Source: Dehalococcoidia bacterium
GTDB lineage: Bacteria > Chloroflexota > Dehalococcoidia > SM23-28-2 > RBG-16-64-32
Assembly (NCBI GenBank): GCA_963665775.2
Contig: CAXXTF010000002.1
Location: 192,001 to 256,000, forward strand
Length of the DNA: 64,000 nucleotides
Reading direction: 5' to 3'
Shown: one piece after another, positions 40,551 through 50,290 of the stretch
How the letters are laid out: each line of letters opens with the position of its first letter
How positions within the stretch are numbered: position 1 is the stretch's first letter
Notes under the pieces: model-generated
Databases searched by the model: none
Seen by the model: the letters and a program-made list of their open reading frames with translations, nothing else
What the model was told of the DNA's origin: nothing
Translations under genes and position numbers: made by a program

Positions 40551-42964
40551 CAGAGCACGTCCTCGGTTTGAATGGGCGGTCTCGACTTCTCTTCCAGTTC
40601 ATGGGCGGCTTTGCTGAGACGGTCCCGGTCTGCGCGGCCGACAAACGTTTGCCAGGCCGCTCGTCCCGCAATAACAGTCTCTCCTGGCCCAATCGGGAGC
40701 GCCGGAAATTCCAGTTCCTCCGCCAGCGCGAACGCGTAGGTCTGTAATGGTTGTTTGTCTGTGTCGGGGTGATCCTTGATGCGGTTCAACCGTTCAACCG
40801 CGTCCGCCTCAGCTCCGGTTTCTATATCTATATCCAGAGTGAGGGGCGGTTGAATGCCCGGTTGAATGGGGGTTTCAACCGCGCTTTCAACCGGCTCCTC
40901 GGATTCGGGATGTACCTGTTGATCACCATCCGGTTGAACGGTTGAACGGGAATCCTGCTGGTCGGAGCACACGAGCTCCTCAAGCCTTTCGGGGGTAGGC
41001 AGTGCCGGATGATCGTCCGGTGGAGGTTCGCCCGGTACGAGCCTTGCCGGCTGCCCCTTCTTTGTCTCGAGGTTAACAATATGGCCAAGGGAGATCGCGC
41101 GTTTCACTCGATACCACGAGGTATCCCGGGCCAGCCCAAGCTTCTCGCCGACCGCCTTGATAGTGAGGGGGTGCTGCCCGTCGTAGAGTTCGTGTACGGC
41201 GGCGATGGTCTCCCGAACCTGCTCTGTGAGTCCGCCGCTGGCCGATGCGGAGAAGGTATCGAGCAGAATCTGGCGGGCCACACGGTAGTCGTCGATCTCG
41301 GCGATGATCCTTCCGATGGAGTCACGTTGTCGCTGTATCTGATACAGCAGCGCAACGGTCTGGATTACCGTAAGGAGCTGGCGGAAGTCCCTCCGCATCC
41401 GCACTAATCGGTCGGGCACCGCATTAGCGAGGGCGTGCGCGAATGGAATCGTGACCGTACGGTCGCCGGCGATTTCAAGCCAGCGCTGCAGGTCGATGAA
41501 GGGCGTAAGGTCGTATGCAGGATCGACTCCGTTGACGCTCGCCGCGTGAGATAGGAGGACGGCTCGTGTCTGTCCGGGAGTATCGTCGACAGTCACTGCG
41601 AGGAGGCGGGTGCCCATCTGCTCCCCCAGCCGCCTGGTCGATGTCGTAATCAGCCCGGTGGGGCCGGGCTTTTCGATCCTGCGGGTCTTGAATTGGCCTG
41701 TGGCTGGGTCCTTCTCTACGACGTCGTAGCACATGACGAAATCGGAGGCGATCGAGCGGACGGCGGAAGCGGCCGGCCCGTCTTCCGGGATGGAATCGGC
41801 CTCGCACACGACCACTATCCGATGGGCGAAATCGGCGTCAGCGTAGACAAGGGCTCTGGCGCTGCCCGCCTTCTCCAGGTGATAGGCTTCAGCGGGCATG
41901 AGCTCCAGGGCGGCGTCGACGGCTCGGTTCTTGCCGGCGCTCGAAGGGGCGATGAAGGCGAGGTTTAGTGGCCGCTCCAGGAGGCGTGAAGTGAGGGAAA
42001 TGTAGGCCAGTAGTGGGGGCGTCAGATTGCCCGCGTAGCCACTTGAACTAACGGCCTCTCCAATCTTGTCGAGGAGATCAAGGGCCTGCAAGAGTTCGCG
42101 CACATGTGAGTAGAGCCTTCTAGCCTCGTCGCTCAGCGCGTCGGCCCGGATTTCAGATGCGGGCCTAGCTGAGGCCATCAACATCTCCAATCGAGCCCGA
42201 AACCGCACTGGGTCTCGCTCAACTGCTAGCCACAGGGCGTTCGGGTCTTTTGCCTCTGCCGGGGCCTCGATCATCCGGACATCGGGAAGGTCGGCGGCTA
42301 CCCCGGAAACGAGGCTGTCGCCGCCGCGATCCGGCTCGTGCCAGACGTAGACCTCGTCGATTCCCGCCGCATGGGCTCTCCAAGCCTCCTTCCAGGTACT
42401 CGCCCCGGGAATGCCGAGGGCGGCCAGGCCAGCATTCCAGAGCGTCCAGGAGTCGGATTCCCCCTCCACGAGGATGAGCTTTCCCTCGGATCGTGCCTTG
42501 TCGAGCCGCCAGAGGCCGTAGGGAACGGCCTTGTCGCCCCGCCGCCACGCGAACCGAGGCTCACTAGCAAGACTGAGCCTCTTCCGGAGCGATATGATCT
42601 CTCCGTTTCCGTCCAGGTAGGGCACGTCGACACATTTTGTCCTTCCAGAGCCGAAGATTCCCTCCGCGACGCCGAGTGATCTCAGGAATTCGACCGAGAG
42701 ACCCTTTGCCTCAGCGAGTTCGGACAGGGACAAGCCGGTTGGCCCACGATCAGGTAGCGGGATACCGAGGCGCTGGGCGAGGTCCAACGCGCCGCCACCC
42801 ATACCGCAGACATCGCAGTGCCAAACGGCCTTCGCTTTGTTCCAGCGGGCTGATGGGTGCTGATCGTCGTGCGCTGGGCAGAGGAACCGGATTTCTCCCC
42901 GTTCGGGCTTTCCCTGGCGGGCCATCACAGCTGCCTCGATTTGGGCTAGGAGGTCAGGATCCAC
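40550..42964 (-). CDS. Zinc-finger/TOPRIM primase with P-loop NTPase domain
   Basis: CPAHDDQHPS..CDVC, LVEGESD, EPDRGG, KDPN, APSSAGKN. Confidence 0.85.
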   Translation of the reverse strand: MDPDLLAQIEAAVMARQGKPERGEIRFLCPAHDDQHPSARWNKAKAVWHCDVCGMGGGALDLAQRLGIPLPDRGPTGLSLSELAEAKGLSVEFLRSLGVAEGIFGSGRTKCVDVPYLDGNGEIISLRKRLSLASEPRFAWRRGDKAVPYGLWRLDKARSEGKLILVEGESDSWTLWNAGLAALGIPGASTWKEAWRAHAAGIDEVYVWHEPDRGGDSLVSGVAADLPDVRMIEAPAEAKDPNALWLAVERDPVRFRARLEMLMASARPASEIRADALSDEARRLYSHVRELLQALDLLDKIGEAVSSSGYAGNLTPPLLAYISLTSRLLERPLNLAFIAPSSAGKNRAVDAALELMPAEAYHLEKAGSARALVYADADFAHRIVVVCEADSIPEDGPAASAVRSIASDFVMCYDVVEKDPATGQFKTRRIEKPGPTGLITTSTRRLGEQMGTRLLAVTVDDTPGQTRAVLLSHAASVNGVDPAYDLTPFIDLQRWLEIAGDRTVTIPFAHALANAVPDRLVRMRRDFRQLLTVIQTVALLYQIQRQRDSIGRIIAEIDDYRVARQILLDTFSASASGGLTEQVRETIAAVHELYDGQHPLTIKAVGEKLGLARDTSWYRVKRAISLGHIVNLETKKGQPARLVPGEPPPDDHPALPTPERLEELVCSDQQDSRSTVQPDGDQQVHPESEEPVESAVETPIQPGIQPPLTLDIDIETGAEADAVERLNRIKDHPDTDKQPLQTYAFALAEELEFPALPIGPGETVIAGRAAWQTFVGRADRDRLSKAAHELEEKSRPPIQTEDVL

Positions 42965-43238
42965 GGGGTCCCTCCACCAGATCGATGTCTATTCCCACAA
43001 CCTCGTCGGTTCGCTCGCCCACATTGGCCCTTGGCCACCGCTCCCACCAGTTGGTGATCGTATCGGAATCTTTCGAAGCGTACTTTAGGCCATGTGCGGT
43101 GAGGGGATGCTTGCCTGACAAAGGGCAGATCTCACCTTTTGGGCATTGGCAGACTCCAACATCGTCAGTCCACCAGATCGGCAGGAGGCACGCGCCCTCG
43201 CGGGCGCGTGCCAGGGCGGCCTGCTGCAGAGGGTTCAC
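42954..43238 (-). pseudogene. Bifunctional primase-polymerase (Prim-Pol) N-terminal fragment
   Basis: CQC...C..GKHP...HG...AS.D...I..WW...P.ANVG...IDID, then stop at 94 aa. Confidence 0.75.
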
Positions 43239-43459
43239 TACCGGTTAAGCCTCCGAAATGGCGGCCCGTCGTCCACTCCACCCGGGTGATGGCGCTTTCT
43301 TGCGCGATACCGGCGATCGCGCTCGAGCCTTCGGGTGCGACGTTCCTGTTCTTTCTCAAGTTTTCGCTGTGCCTGAGCTTCCCTCATGGCCGTGACATCG
43401 GCCTCAAGTCCTGGTAGGGGCGGGTTAACCATGTCGACCAGATCAATCTTGCTTCTCAT
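43238..43459 (-). CDS. Small basic hypothetical protein
   Basis: GGAGG RBS; 1-bp overlap with the next gene. Confidence 0.5.
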   Translation of the reverse strand: MRSKIDLVDMVNPPLPGLEADVTAMREAQAQRKLEKEQERRTRRLERDRRYRARKRHHPGGVDDGPPFRRLNR

Positions 43460-43571
43460 GGAACACCTCCAAGCCCACTCGTGCCGGCTACATTCGACCG
43501 ACGGTCGCCAGTCGTTAAGTCGGGCGCTATCATGTCAGGCAGGATGGCAGCCACTGCGCGAATCTCTGGTA

Positions 43572-45188
43572 TCACAGCTGTAAGACCCTTCGCGCCACTG
43601 TGTAGTTCTGACCTTCACGGGTGCCCCTGCAAGTCGAGACTACGGAGGGGAATCGGTATTCAACGACCGCGCTGGCGTGCTTGCGGCCGTCGCGCAGTTC
43701 CGTCTGCACCGTGATGCGTCTAACGAGCAGACGCACGATTTCTTGACGCTCCTCATCGCGGAGCCCTCCATCCAGGCGGCGGGTTATTTCGGCCAGGAGG
43801 TCGGGCGTCACCTCCAGCGCCTCCTCCGGATCTTCCTCGGGGCCCAAAGCAACAAGCCGCCGCTCTATCTCCGTCCGCTTGGAGGCGATCTCGCCCAAAC
43901 AGGTTTCCAGTTCTTCTGGGGTGAGATGCCCCCGAATGCGGAGGTCAAGGGCCCTCTTACGCTGCTGGTCGAGGTCGCGAATTGCAGCGGTAAGCGTGAT
44001 GGACTCCGCCTCAGCAACGGCTGCCTGGCCGCCGCCGCAGGATTCGATCGCCAGCTCGTCGAGCAGCTCGCCTGGGCTTCGGAGAAAGCGTTCGATGTCG
44101 GACCAGATGAGGGGCTCGATGGTATCGCCTCTGACCGACTTCCCATTGCAACGTCCCTCTATGGGGCCGCGCTCGACTAGCTGGCCGTTGCAGCGATACC
44201 AGGCGGCGCCGTTGCTCGTGCTGCCACAGTAGTTCAGGCCACAGATCCCGCAGCGGATTACGGAACGCAGTAGATAGGTTCGCTTGCTGTTCTTGGGGAT
44301 GATTCGATTGCGGGCCAGGGTTTCCTGGGCGGCGTACCAGACATCATCCGACACCAGGGGCTCGACAGGGGCAGAGATGACTTCCCGCCCGCCTACCCGG
44401 CTGCTACGCCGCCCAAATTGCAGCACGCCGCGAAACACAGGATTGACCACCAGGTTGCGAATGCGACCTGGTCGCCATATTCCTTGCGTTCGTTGGTCAC
44501 GGATGCCCCGGCCGTCTCGCTCGTATACTGTGGGAACACAGAGGAGGTTCAATTCATTCGCAATCCAGCGGCAGCTCTTACCTTCTACGCCCAACCAGTG
44601 GTAGATCCGGCGAACCAGGTGGGCGGCACTCCAGTCGCCCCAGATGAGGGTCTCGTCTGGCATGAGTCGGGCGGTCTGACGTCGTCCTTCCACTCGGTAA
44701 CCTAGGGGCACGATACCGCCGGTGTAGCGGCCTTCCCGTGCGGCGCGGTCCATGCCCCGAGCTGAGTCCGCTAGGAACTGGCGTCGCGCATAGCCAGCCA
44801 TGATGGACTGGAATCCAAAGATCGTCCGGTCGCCCAGCGATTCAGCGACCCCGATCAGCTCAATGCCCAGCAGGTCAACGAAGAGGTTGTAGGTGGTCAG
44901 GAGGTCGACCTCCTCACGGCCGAGCCGGCTCGCCCGCAGCACGATTATCTTGAGGAACTTCCCGGCTTTCGCGTCGGCGATCAACTGGCCGCCGGCGGGG
45001 CGTAATGCCATGGGTATCGTTCCGGAGAGGCCGTCGTCATCGTAGTAGCGGTAAAGGCGGTAATGGGGGTTCTGAGCGAGGAAGCGATCGATGGCCTCCC
45101 GCTGCGTCTTGATGGTCTCGCGGTCGCGCTGGTCATCGCTTGAAACCCGGAGATACGCCGCCACGGGGATGGCTTCTTGGTCTGTCAT
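43572..45188 (-). CDS. Large serine recombinase
   Basis: YLRVSSDDQ, DDGLSG, SRLGR, GGIVPLGY, zinc ribbon CGIC..YRC, coiled coil. Confidence 0.95.
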   Translation of the reverse strand: MTDQEAIPVAAYLRVSSDDQRDRETIKTQREAIDRFLAQNPHYRLYRYYDDDGLSGTIPMALRPAGGQLIADAKAGKFLKIIVLRASRLGREEVDLLTTYNLFVDLLGIELIGVAESLGDRTIFGFQSIMAGYARRQFLADSARGMDRAAREGRYTGGIVPLGYRVEGRRQTARLMPDETLIWGDWSAAHLVRRIYHWLGVEGKSCRWIANELNLLCVPTVYERDGRGIRDQRTQGIWRPGRIRNLVVNPVFRGVLQFGRRSSRVGGREVISAPVEPLVSDDVWYAAQETLARNRIIPKNSKRTYLLRSVIRCGICGLNYCGSTSNGAAWYRCNGQLVERGPIEGRCNGKSVRGDTIEPLIWSDIERFLRSPGELLDELAIESCGGGQAAVAEAESITLTAAIRDLDQQRKRALDLRIRGHLTPEELETCLGEIASKRTEIERRLVALGPEEDPEEALEVTPDLLAEITRRLDGGLRDEERQEIVRLLVRRITVQTELRDGRKHASAVVEYRFPSVVSTCRGTREGQNYTVARRVLQL

Positions 45189-45501
45189 CGCTAAGCCTCC
45201 TGCCCGAACGGTGGCCGCTTTGGGAGCCCGAGGACTACACGCAAGGCCGCCAGCATGGCCCGTTCGTCAGGGTCGTAGTAACGCTCTAGTAGGGGGGCTG
45301 AATCAAGGCGTCCAGGCCTCGATTCCCTCCAATCGTTTTGCGACAAGCGAAACCCCCTTCCGAGGCCGGGCCTGCCAGCGAGGCCACCAGAAGGGAGTCA
45401 GAGGAATATTCTTCTTCTGCTTGCCCTGGTTAGCAGGCCCAGACGTTTAGGTCTTCACCTGCCTTGGCGTGACTAACATCGTCACAATGTGACGCGGCAC
45501 G

Positions 45502-46743
45502 TCACGAAGAGACGCGACCCAGATCAATGCTCCAGAAGACGGGCTCGTGGGGGTGGTAACTGAAATCGGAGCCGCGGACGATGGAGTTTCTCAGATATTG
45601 GGCCATGCGAGGAAGAACCTCTTCAATGGCTTGATATACCCGCTGAAGGGCGTGCCAGACACTGCTGCGGGCGCGCTCCGATTGAGCTACCACTTTCCGA
45701 GGCTTGCCTCGAATGCCAAGAGCTCCCGCCAAATGATCGCGAATCGTCTGCAATTCGTGTTCTTCTGCATCAGAGAGGCCGAGGCTGCCCTTCTTAGCAT
45801 CAAGTTCCTCGATTCGCCGCTGGTATTGCTGGCGCGCCTCTCTATCTACCAGGTCTTCATTGTCGTACCCGGTCGACGACGCCAGGGCAGCTAGATCCTC
45901 GTTGCCGGTGCGGGTAGTGGGTAGGTGCCCTTCAGCCAAGGCGACGAGTTCCATGGCTCGAAATGTCCGTCCGGGATGCTGCAAAAGGTGCGCTAGATAG
46001 AGCATCCTGACTCGATGGGGAATGGTCTCAAGCTGGTTGTCATAGACGAGTTCCCACAGTTTGCCCCGCCTGCGTAGTGAATACGGAGTATTGATGGCCT
46101 GCCCGGGGCCACCTAGGGCAAGACCTGAGAAGTCGAAGTGAAGTTCGGTCCCCTCCAGGCGCATGGCATGGCCGAGCGGCAGCCAGTTGCCGGGCGGACT
46201 CCAACTTGGGCTCTCCTGACTAAGGACAAAGAGTACGGCTGTTGGCTCGCGGGGAAGGTTCCTGTCGAAGACTGAGATTGCGTCCGGCCAGCACGCCCCT
46301 CGGAGGAGATACGCGGGCCGTGGCCCGGTCGGCGGTGAGGCAAGGCCCAGGCTCCAAGAGCGGCCACGGATTACTTCGGCTGGAGTGGCCTCGGTTTGAA
46401 GCGCGACTCCCAATTTCTTCGCGATAGTGCCGGGATCGACGCGCCACTGCCACAGACTGCTGGGCTCCAAGAAGACACGACCGTTGTTTGGGCAGGGGAT
46501 GAATGGCCGCGGCGGTAATCCTCCTGATTCGAGGAACAATACCCGCTCTGAATGCGGTTCATCACACTCCTCGCATGATACGCGATCCAGCGCTGATGAC
46601 CGCAGCAGGAACCCCGCTTCCTCCAGACTATCCACGGCTCCAGCAGGCCAGAGACTGGCTTCGTTCGCCAGCACTACCCTGGGCGCGTCCCCCGCCAGGT
46701 CAGCGCGGCGAAGCAGGTCGTTAACGATATCGATGAGCGTCAC
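45502..46743 (-). CDS. Hypothetical protein (Cys cluster, probable C-terminal DNA-binding region)
   Basis: CEECDEPH..CP; overlaps upstream gene by 4 bp. Confidence 0.7.
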   Translation of the reverse strand: MTLIDIVNDLLRRADLAGDAPRVVLANEASLWPAGAVDSLEEAGFLLRSSALDRVSCEECDEPHSERVLFLESGGLPPRPFIPCPNNGRVFLEPSSLWQWRVDPGTIAKKLGVALQTEATPAEVIRGRSWSLGLASPPTGPRPAYLLRGACWPDAISVFDRNLPREPTAVLFVLSQESPSWSPPGNWLPLGHAMRLEGTELHFDFSGLALGGPGQAINTPYSLRRRGKLWELVYDNQLETIPHRVRMLYLAHLLQHPGRTFRAMELVALAEGHLPTTRTGNEDLAALASSTGYDNEDLVDREARQQYQRRIEELDAKKGSLGLSDAEEHELQTIRDHLAGALGIRGKPRKVVAQSERARSSVWHALQRVYQAIEEVLPRMAQYLRNSIVRGSDFSYHPHEPVFWSIDLGRVSS

Positions 46744-47945
46744 GCGAGGACGAGGTCGGGCACCTGTTCAAGGCCCGAATCAACCAGCACTTTGCGAATC
46801 ACGCCGTCCATGCCCTCCTGATCCAAGAGGCAACCATTGCGGGTCAGAGTGAAAGTCCGCGTCCTGCCTCGACGTCGCTTGCCCAAGGGGCGGAAAAAGG
46901 CTTGGAGCTTGGCCTTGTCAACGTCCATCAGGGCTAGAGGGTATCGGTCGGTTTGGGGGCCGGGACTGGTCGCGAAGTACTTGTCGGCTGCGAAGATGAC
47001 CCCAAGCCCGGCAGGGCCACCGACCTGCAGGATTAGTTGTCGACCTCCGTCCCGGTCGCGTAGATGTATCCACTTCACTTCGATGCTCTCGAGGCCAGTG
47101 GATGCGTCGATAACGAACGAGAAGCCCGCTTCCTTCAAGAGATCGAGGCGATAGGCCCTTTCGGCGCCTGGGTCGGCCCCGAGGTCGATACCCAGAATCG
47201 TTCTGGCGAATATCTCTTGCAGGTCCCGGACCTTGTCCTTCGCACCCTGGCAAAACGTTTCGAGCATGTGGCGGTCAGGCGAATAGAAGAACAGGAGATC
47301 CGTCGCGGGTCGGTACTTGCGGCGCACTAGCTTCTCTTCCTCGTACTCAAGCATCGTCTGCCCATAGTCTTCGGGGTACGCGATGTATAGATACCCGGTG
47401 GATCGTTGCAGCCATTCCACATGGCAGTGTTGACCGCGACCCTCCCGCTGAAGTAAATACCCCGTTAGCTGTGCCGACAGGCGCTTCCACCCGGCTTCAC
47501 TCGTATCGGGCTCAGCTTCCGGTATGCCGCGTCTGCGACGCCAATACCGTGCGTTTAGGGTGTCGGCACCTCGAAAGCGGAGGATGTCGGCAAAGAGATC
47601 CTCACGGTTTACAAGGGCCCATATGGCAACGTCGTAGGCACCATCCAGATCAGTAAGCACTCGCGTAAGGTCTTCACCCTGGAAGCGCGCCTCCTCGTAG
47701 AGAAGCCGCATCCCTTCAACGTCCGCAAGTTCGTATACATCTTGGAGGTCTTGGTCTAGGTCTGTCTGCTGGGCGGATGGAAGTCGTTGAAGCGCATCGC
47801 AAAGGGCTTCGACATCCGCATCTTCTTGGTGGAGACAGGGGACGTCTAACAGGGGTCGACGTGCTCCGAAGTACTCGCGCACGAGCGCCCAGGAGATATG
47901 GTGGAGGACCCCTTTTCTAGAGAATGCGTAGCGGCGCTTCGACAT
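46740..47945 (-). CDS. Hypothetical protein
   Basis: 401-aa ORF coupled to 45502..46743. Confidence 0.7.
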   Translation of the reverse strand: MSKRRYAFSRKGVLHHISWALVREYFGARRPLLDVPCLHQEDADVEALCDALQRLPSAQQTDLDQDLQDVYELADVEGMRLLYEEARFQGEDLTRVLTDLDGAYDVAIWALVNREDLFADILRFRGADTLNARYWRRRRGIPEAEPDTSEAGWKRLSAQLTGYLLQREGRGQHCHVEWLQRSTGYLYIAYPEDYGQTMLEYEEEKLVRRKYRPATDLLFFYSPDRHMLETFCQGAKDKVRDLQEIFARTILGIDLGADPGAERAYRLDLLKEAGFSFVIDASTGLESIEVKWIHLRDRDGGRQLILQVGGPAGLGVIFAADKYFATSPGPQTDRYPLALMDVDKAKLQAFFRPLGKRRRGRTRTFTLTRNGCLLDQEGMDGVIRKVLVDSGLEQVPDLVLA

Positions 47946-48028
47946 GGGTCCGGTGCTCTCGTGGTACGGCTAGCTTACCAATGTTGGCTCTATTCTAACC
48001 CATCTTGGACAGGGCGTGTAGGCACTTT

Positions 48029-48046
48029 AGCTAAAATGCCATAGGG
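48029..48046 (+). repeat. Degenerate putative recombination site just downstream of the recombinase gene
   Basis: AGCTAA AATGCC ATAGGG. Confidence 0.45.
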
Positions 48047-48059
48047 CAGCGCCCATGAG

Positions 48060-48998
48060 TTAGAGGCCTATTGCCGCCGCCACCTTATCCCAGCCTCGAT
48101 CCTCCTGTCCCTCTAGCCGTCGCAAGTAAACCGTCGTCACTGCGAGCGAGCTGTGATCCAGGAATTGGCTGACGTCCTCCACAGATTCACCGGCGTCTCG
48201 TCGCAGCTTGGCAGCCGAGTGACGGAGGATGTGAACACCAGCGGGCGGGAGGTCGGCCTTCCGGAGATAGTACCGTAGGTTCCCATAGAAGGTTCCGCTG
48301 GTCAGGTCGTGGCCTCCTCTAGAGTGCTGCGAGGGCCACAGCGACTCCTCCGGACTCATCGTGTATAGATTCTTGCCCCAGGCTGCGAGGGATCGCTCGA
48401 TTGCCTCGAATGCTGGTCGTGGAAGTTCTCTCTTCCCCTGTTTGCCACCCTTGCCTCGGTAGGTGTAGAACAAGCCGCCTGTCTGCAAGATGTCCCCTGC
48501 CTTGAGGTTCAGCACCTCGGAGCGGCGGCGACCAGTCAGCGTCAGGGTCAGGATGATTGCCCGGTCGCGGAGGACAGCTGGGGAGTCCGGAATTACCTCC
48601 AGCAGGCGGCGTATCTCCTCGGCGCTCAGTCCTCTCGGAGGGCTGGGTGAGGTTCTTGGCCGCTCGATCTCGTCGCACGGGTTCGAGGATACGATCTTCA
48701 TGCGGATGAGGAAGCGGTAGAACGAGCTCACGCAGGCAAGCCGGGCACCCACTGTGATCGACGAGGGCTTCTTACCGGAAGGACCGATGCCGTGTGCGAA
48801 GCCGAACACCTCCTGGCTCGTGATCTCGTTTGGAGGCTTGCCCATCGAGCCAAAGAAGTGCTGCAGCATTCTGGAGTAGCTCTCTACCGTGCGACTGGAG
48901 CCACTGCGGCGTTCCTTCTCGGCGAGGAAGGCATAGAAGGCCTGCTGCCAGCCCGGCGTCCGCTCGTCGAAGAGTACAATATCGTCAGTCATGCTCAC
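48060..48998 (-). CDS. Tyrosine recombinase (XerC/D-like size)
   Basis: SAM-like N-domain; TGRRRSE (R), GKGGK (K), HILRH, LDH and TTVY (Y) all intact. Confidence 0.95.
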   Translation of the reverse strand: MSMTDDIVLFDERTPGWQQAFYAFLAEKERRSGSSRTVESYSRMLQHFFGSMGKPPNEITSQEVFGFAHGIGPSGKKPSSITVGARLACVSSFYRFLIRMKIVSSNPCDEIERPRTSPSPPRGLSAEEIRRLLEVIPDSPAVLRDRAIILTLTLTGRRRSEVLNLKAGDILQTGGLFYTYRGKGGKQGKRELPRPAFEAIERSLAAWGKNLYTMSPEESLWPSQHSRGGHDLTSGTFYGNLRYYLRKADLPPAGVHILRHSAAKLRRDAGESVEDVSQFLDHSSLAVTTVYLRRLEGQEDRGWDKVAAAIGL

Positions 48999-49035
48999 CT
49001 CTTGTTCTCAAGTCAGTAAGCATGTTCGCTCTGAC

Positions 49036-49059
49036 GCACACGAAGTCAAGTTAGTGTGC
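49036..49059 (-). repeat. Palindromic putative recombination site upstream of the recombinase (spacer CTTGAC on - strand)
   Basis: GCACACGAA GTCAAG TTAGTGTGC, 8/9 arm symmetry. Confidence 0.75.
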
Positions 49060-50156
49060 ACTACTGGTGCGGGTCTGGTGATTTGCGGACGGTGATAGAA
49101 TGCCCCTGGAATGCGCACGGGATCGCTCACGAGGGGAGGACACTCACGAGACGGTTGAACGCCGGCGCTACCAAATGGATCGTCCTTCCTCTGATGCTTA
49201 TGATCGCCGTCGCGGCGGCATCGAGCGGTTGTGCTGGTGGCGGCGATGAGGGCGGCCCTGCAGGTGGGACCCCGACTCTAGCTCCCACAGACAGCCCAAC
49301 GCCCGAATCTACGCTAACGTCCACGCCGACAGCTGCACCGACGATCTCGCCTTTCTCTTCACCGACCGCGACTCTCCAGCCGACATCTACCGCAGTTCCG
49401 CCGCTCGGCTTCACCATCCATTTCATCGACGTCGGCCAGGGCGATGCGACTCTTATTGTCACCGACACCGGTGAGACTTTCTTGGTGGATGGTGGGCGCA
49501 GTAAGACTCGGATCAGGGACCGTCTCGACCGACTTGGAATTGACGAATTGGACGCGATCCTGGTTACCCACCAGGACATAGACCACTTTGCGGGTCTGAT
49601 GGCGGTTCTCGAGGACTATGACATTGAACGGATCTACTGGAACGGCGCGCCAGATGGCTCGACCTTCGACAGCTTCATGACTCTATCCTTGGACGAGGGC
49701 GCGGAGATTTCCGTGATCGGCCGGGGCGACGTGGTCAAGCTGGGAGGAATGGAGATTCAGGTGCTCCACCCAGGTGGGCTAACGGGCGACAAGAACATCG
49801 ACTCCATCGTCCTTCTTGTCCAATGCGGGACAGTTGAGTATCTGCTGATGGGCGATGCGGAGATGGAGTCCGAACAGTCCATGATCGCGGCGGGAATGCT
49901 AGAGGATGTCGAGGTGCTAAAGGTGGGGCACCATGGCTCACGAACCTCAACGTCTGAGGCATTCCTGGATGTTGTCAGCCCCGAATATGCCGTAATCAGC
50001 GCGGGACTAAACAGCCAGTACGGCCATCCCCATCAGGAGACACTGGATGTGCTGAACTCAGCTGGCGTTCAGATCTTCCTTACTGACACGACGGAGGACC
50101 CAGACGGTGTGACGCTGACAACGGACTGCAGCGAGGTCTTGGTCGTTGAACCGTGA
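49056..50156 (+). CDS. ComEC/Rec2-like metallo-beta-lactamase-fold lipoprotein (true start probably about 49155-49194)
   Basis: FIDVGQGDA, THQDIDH, MGDAE, KVGHHGS, YGHPH; signal peptide and P/T linker. Confidence 0.9.
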   Translation: MHYWCGSGDLRTVIECPWNAHGIAHEGRTLTRRLNAGATKWIVLPLMLMIAVAAASSGCAGGGDEGGPAGGTPTLAPTDSPTPESTLTSTPTAAPTISPFSSPTATLQPTSTAVPPLGFTIHFIDVGQGDATLIVTDTGETFLVDGGRSKTRIRDRLDRLGIDELDAILVTHQDIDHFAGLMAVLEDYDIERIYWNGAPDGSTFDSFMTLSLDEGAEISVIGRGDVVKLGGMEIQVLHPGGLTGDKNIDSIVLLVQCGTVEYLLMGDAEMESEQSMIAAGMLEDVEVLKVGHHGSRTSTSEAFLDVVSPEYAVISAGLNSQYGHPHQETLDVLNSAGVQIFLTDTTEDPDGVTLTTDCSEVLVVEP

Positions 50157-50159
50157 ACC

Positions 50160-50181
50160 ACCACTATGGCGCAATAGTGGT
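50160..50181 (-). repeat. Palindromic putative recombination site (spacer TGCGCC on - strand)
   Basis: ACCACTAT GGCGCA ATAGTGGT, perfect 8-bp arms, 3 bp after a stop codon. Confidence 0.8.
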
Positions 50182-50290
50182 CGCCCGTTGAGGTAGTCCC
50201 GAATCCCGCACGGGCGGCTTCCGGATGTAGTGGCTGTACAGCGTTGAAGCGTCGTCGTACTCTCGATCTTTTCTGTTAATCTACATCTCG

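Larger units (their letters stand above)
37437..49059 (-). mobile_element. Integrative, phage-satellite-like core module
   Basis: Co-oriented tyrosine recombinase, serine recombinase, primase, ParB-methyltransferase and DUF2924/RAMA-like genes; no capsid, tail or conjugation genes; palindromic sites at both ends. Confidence 0.75.
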
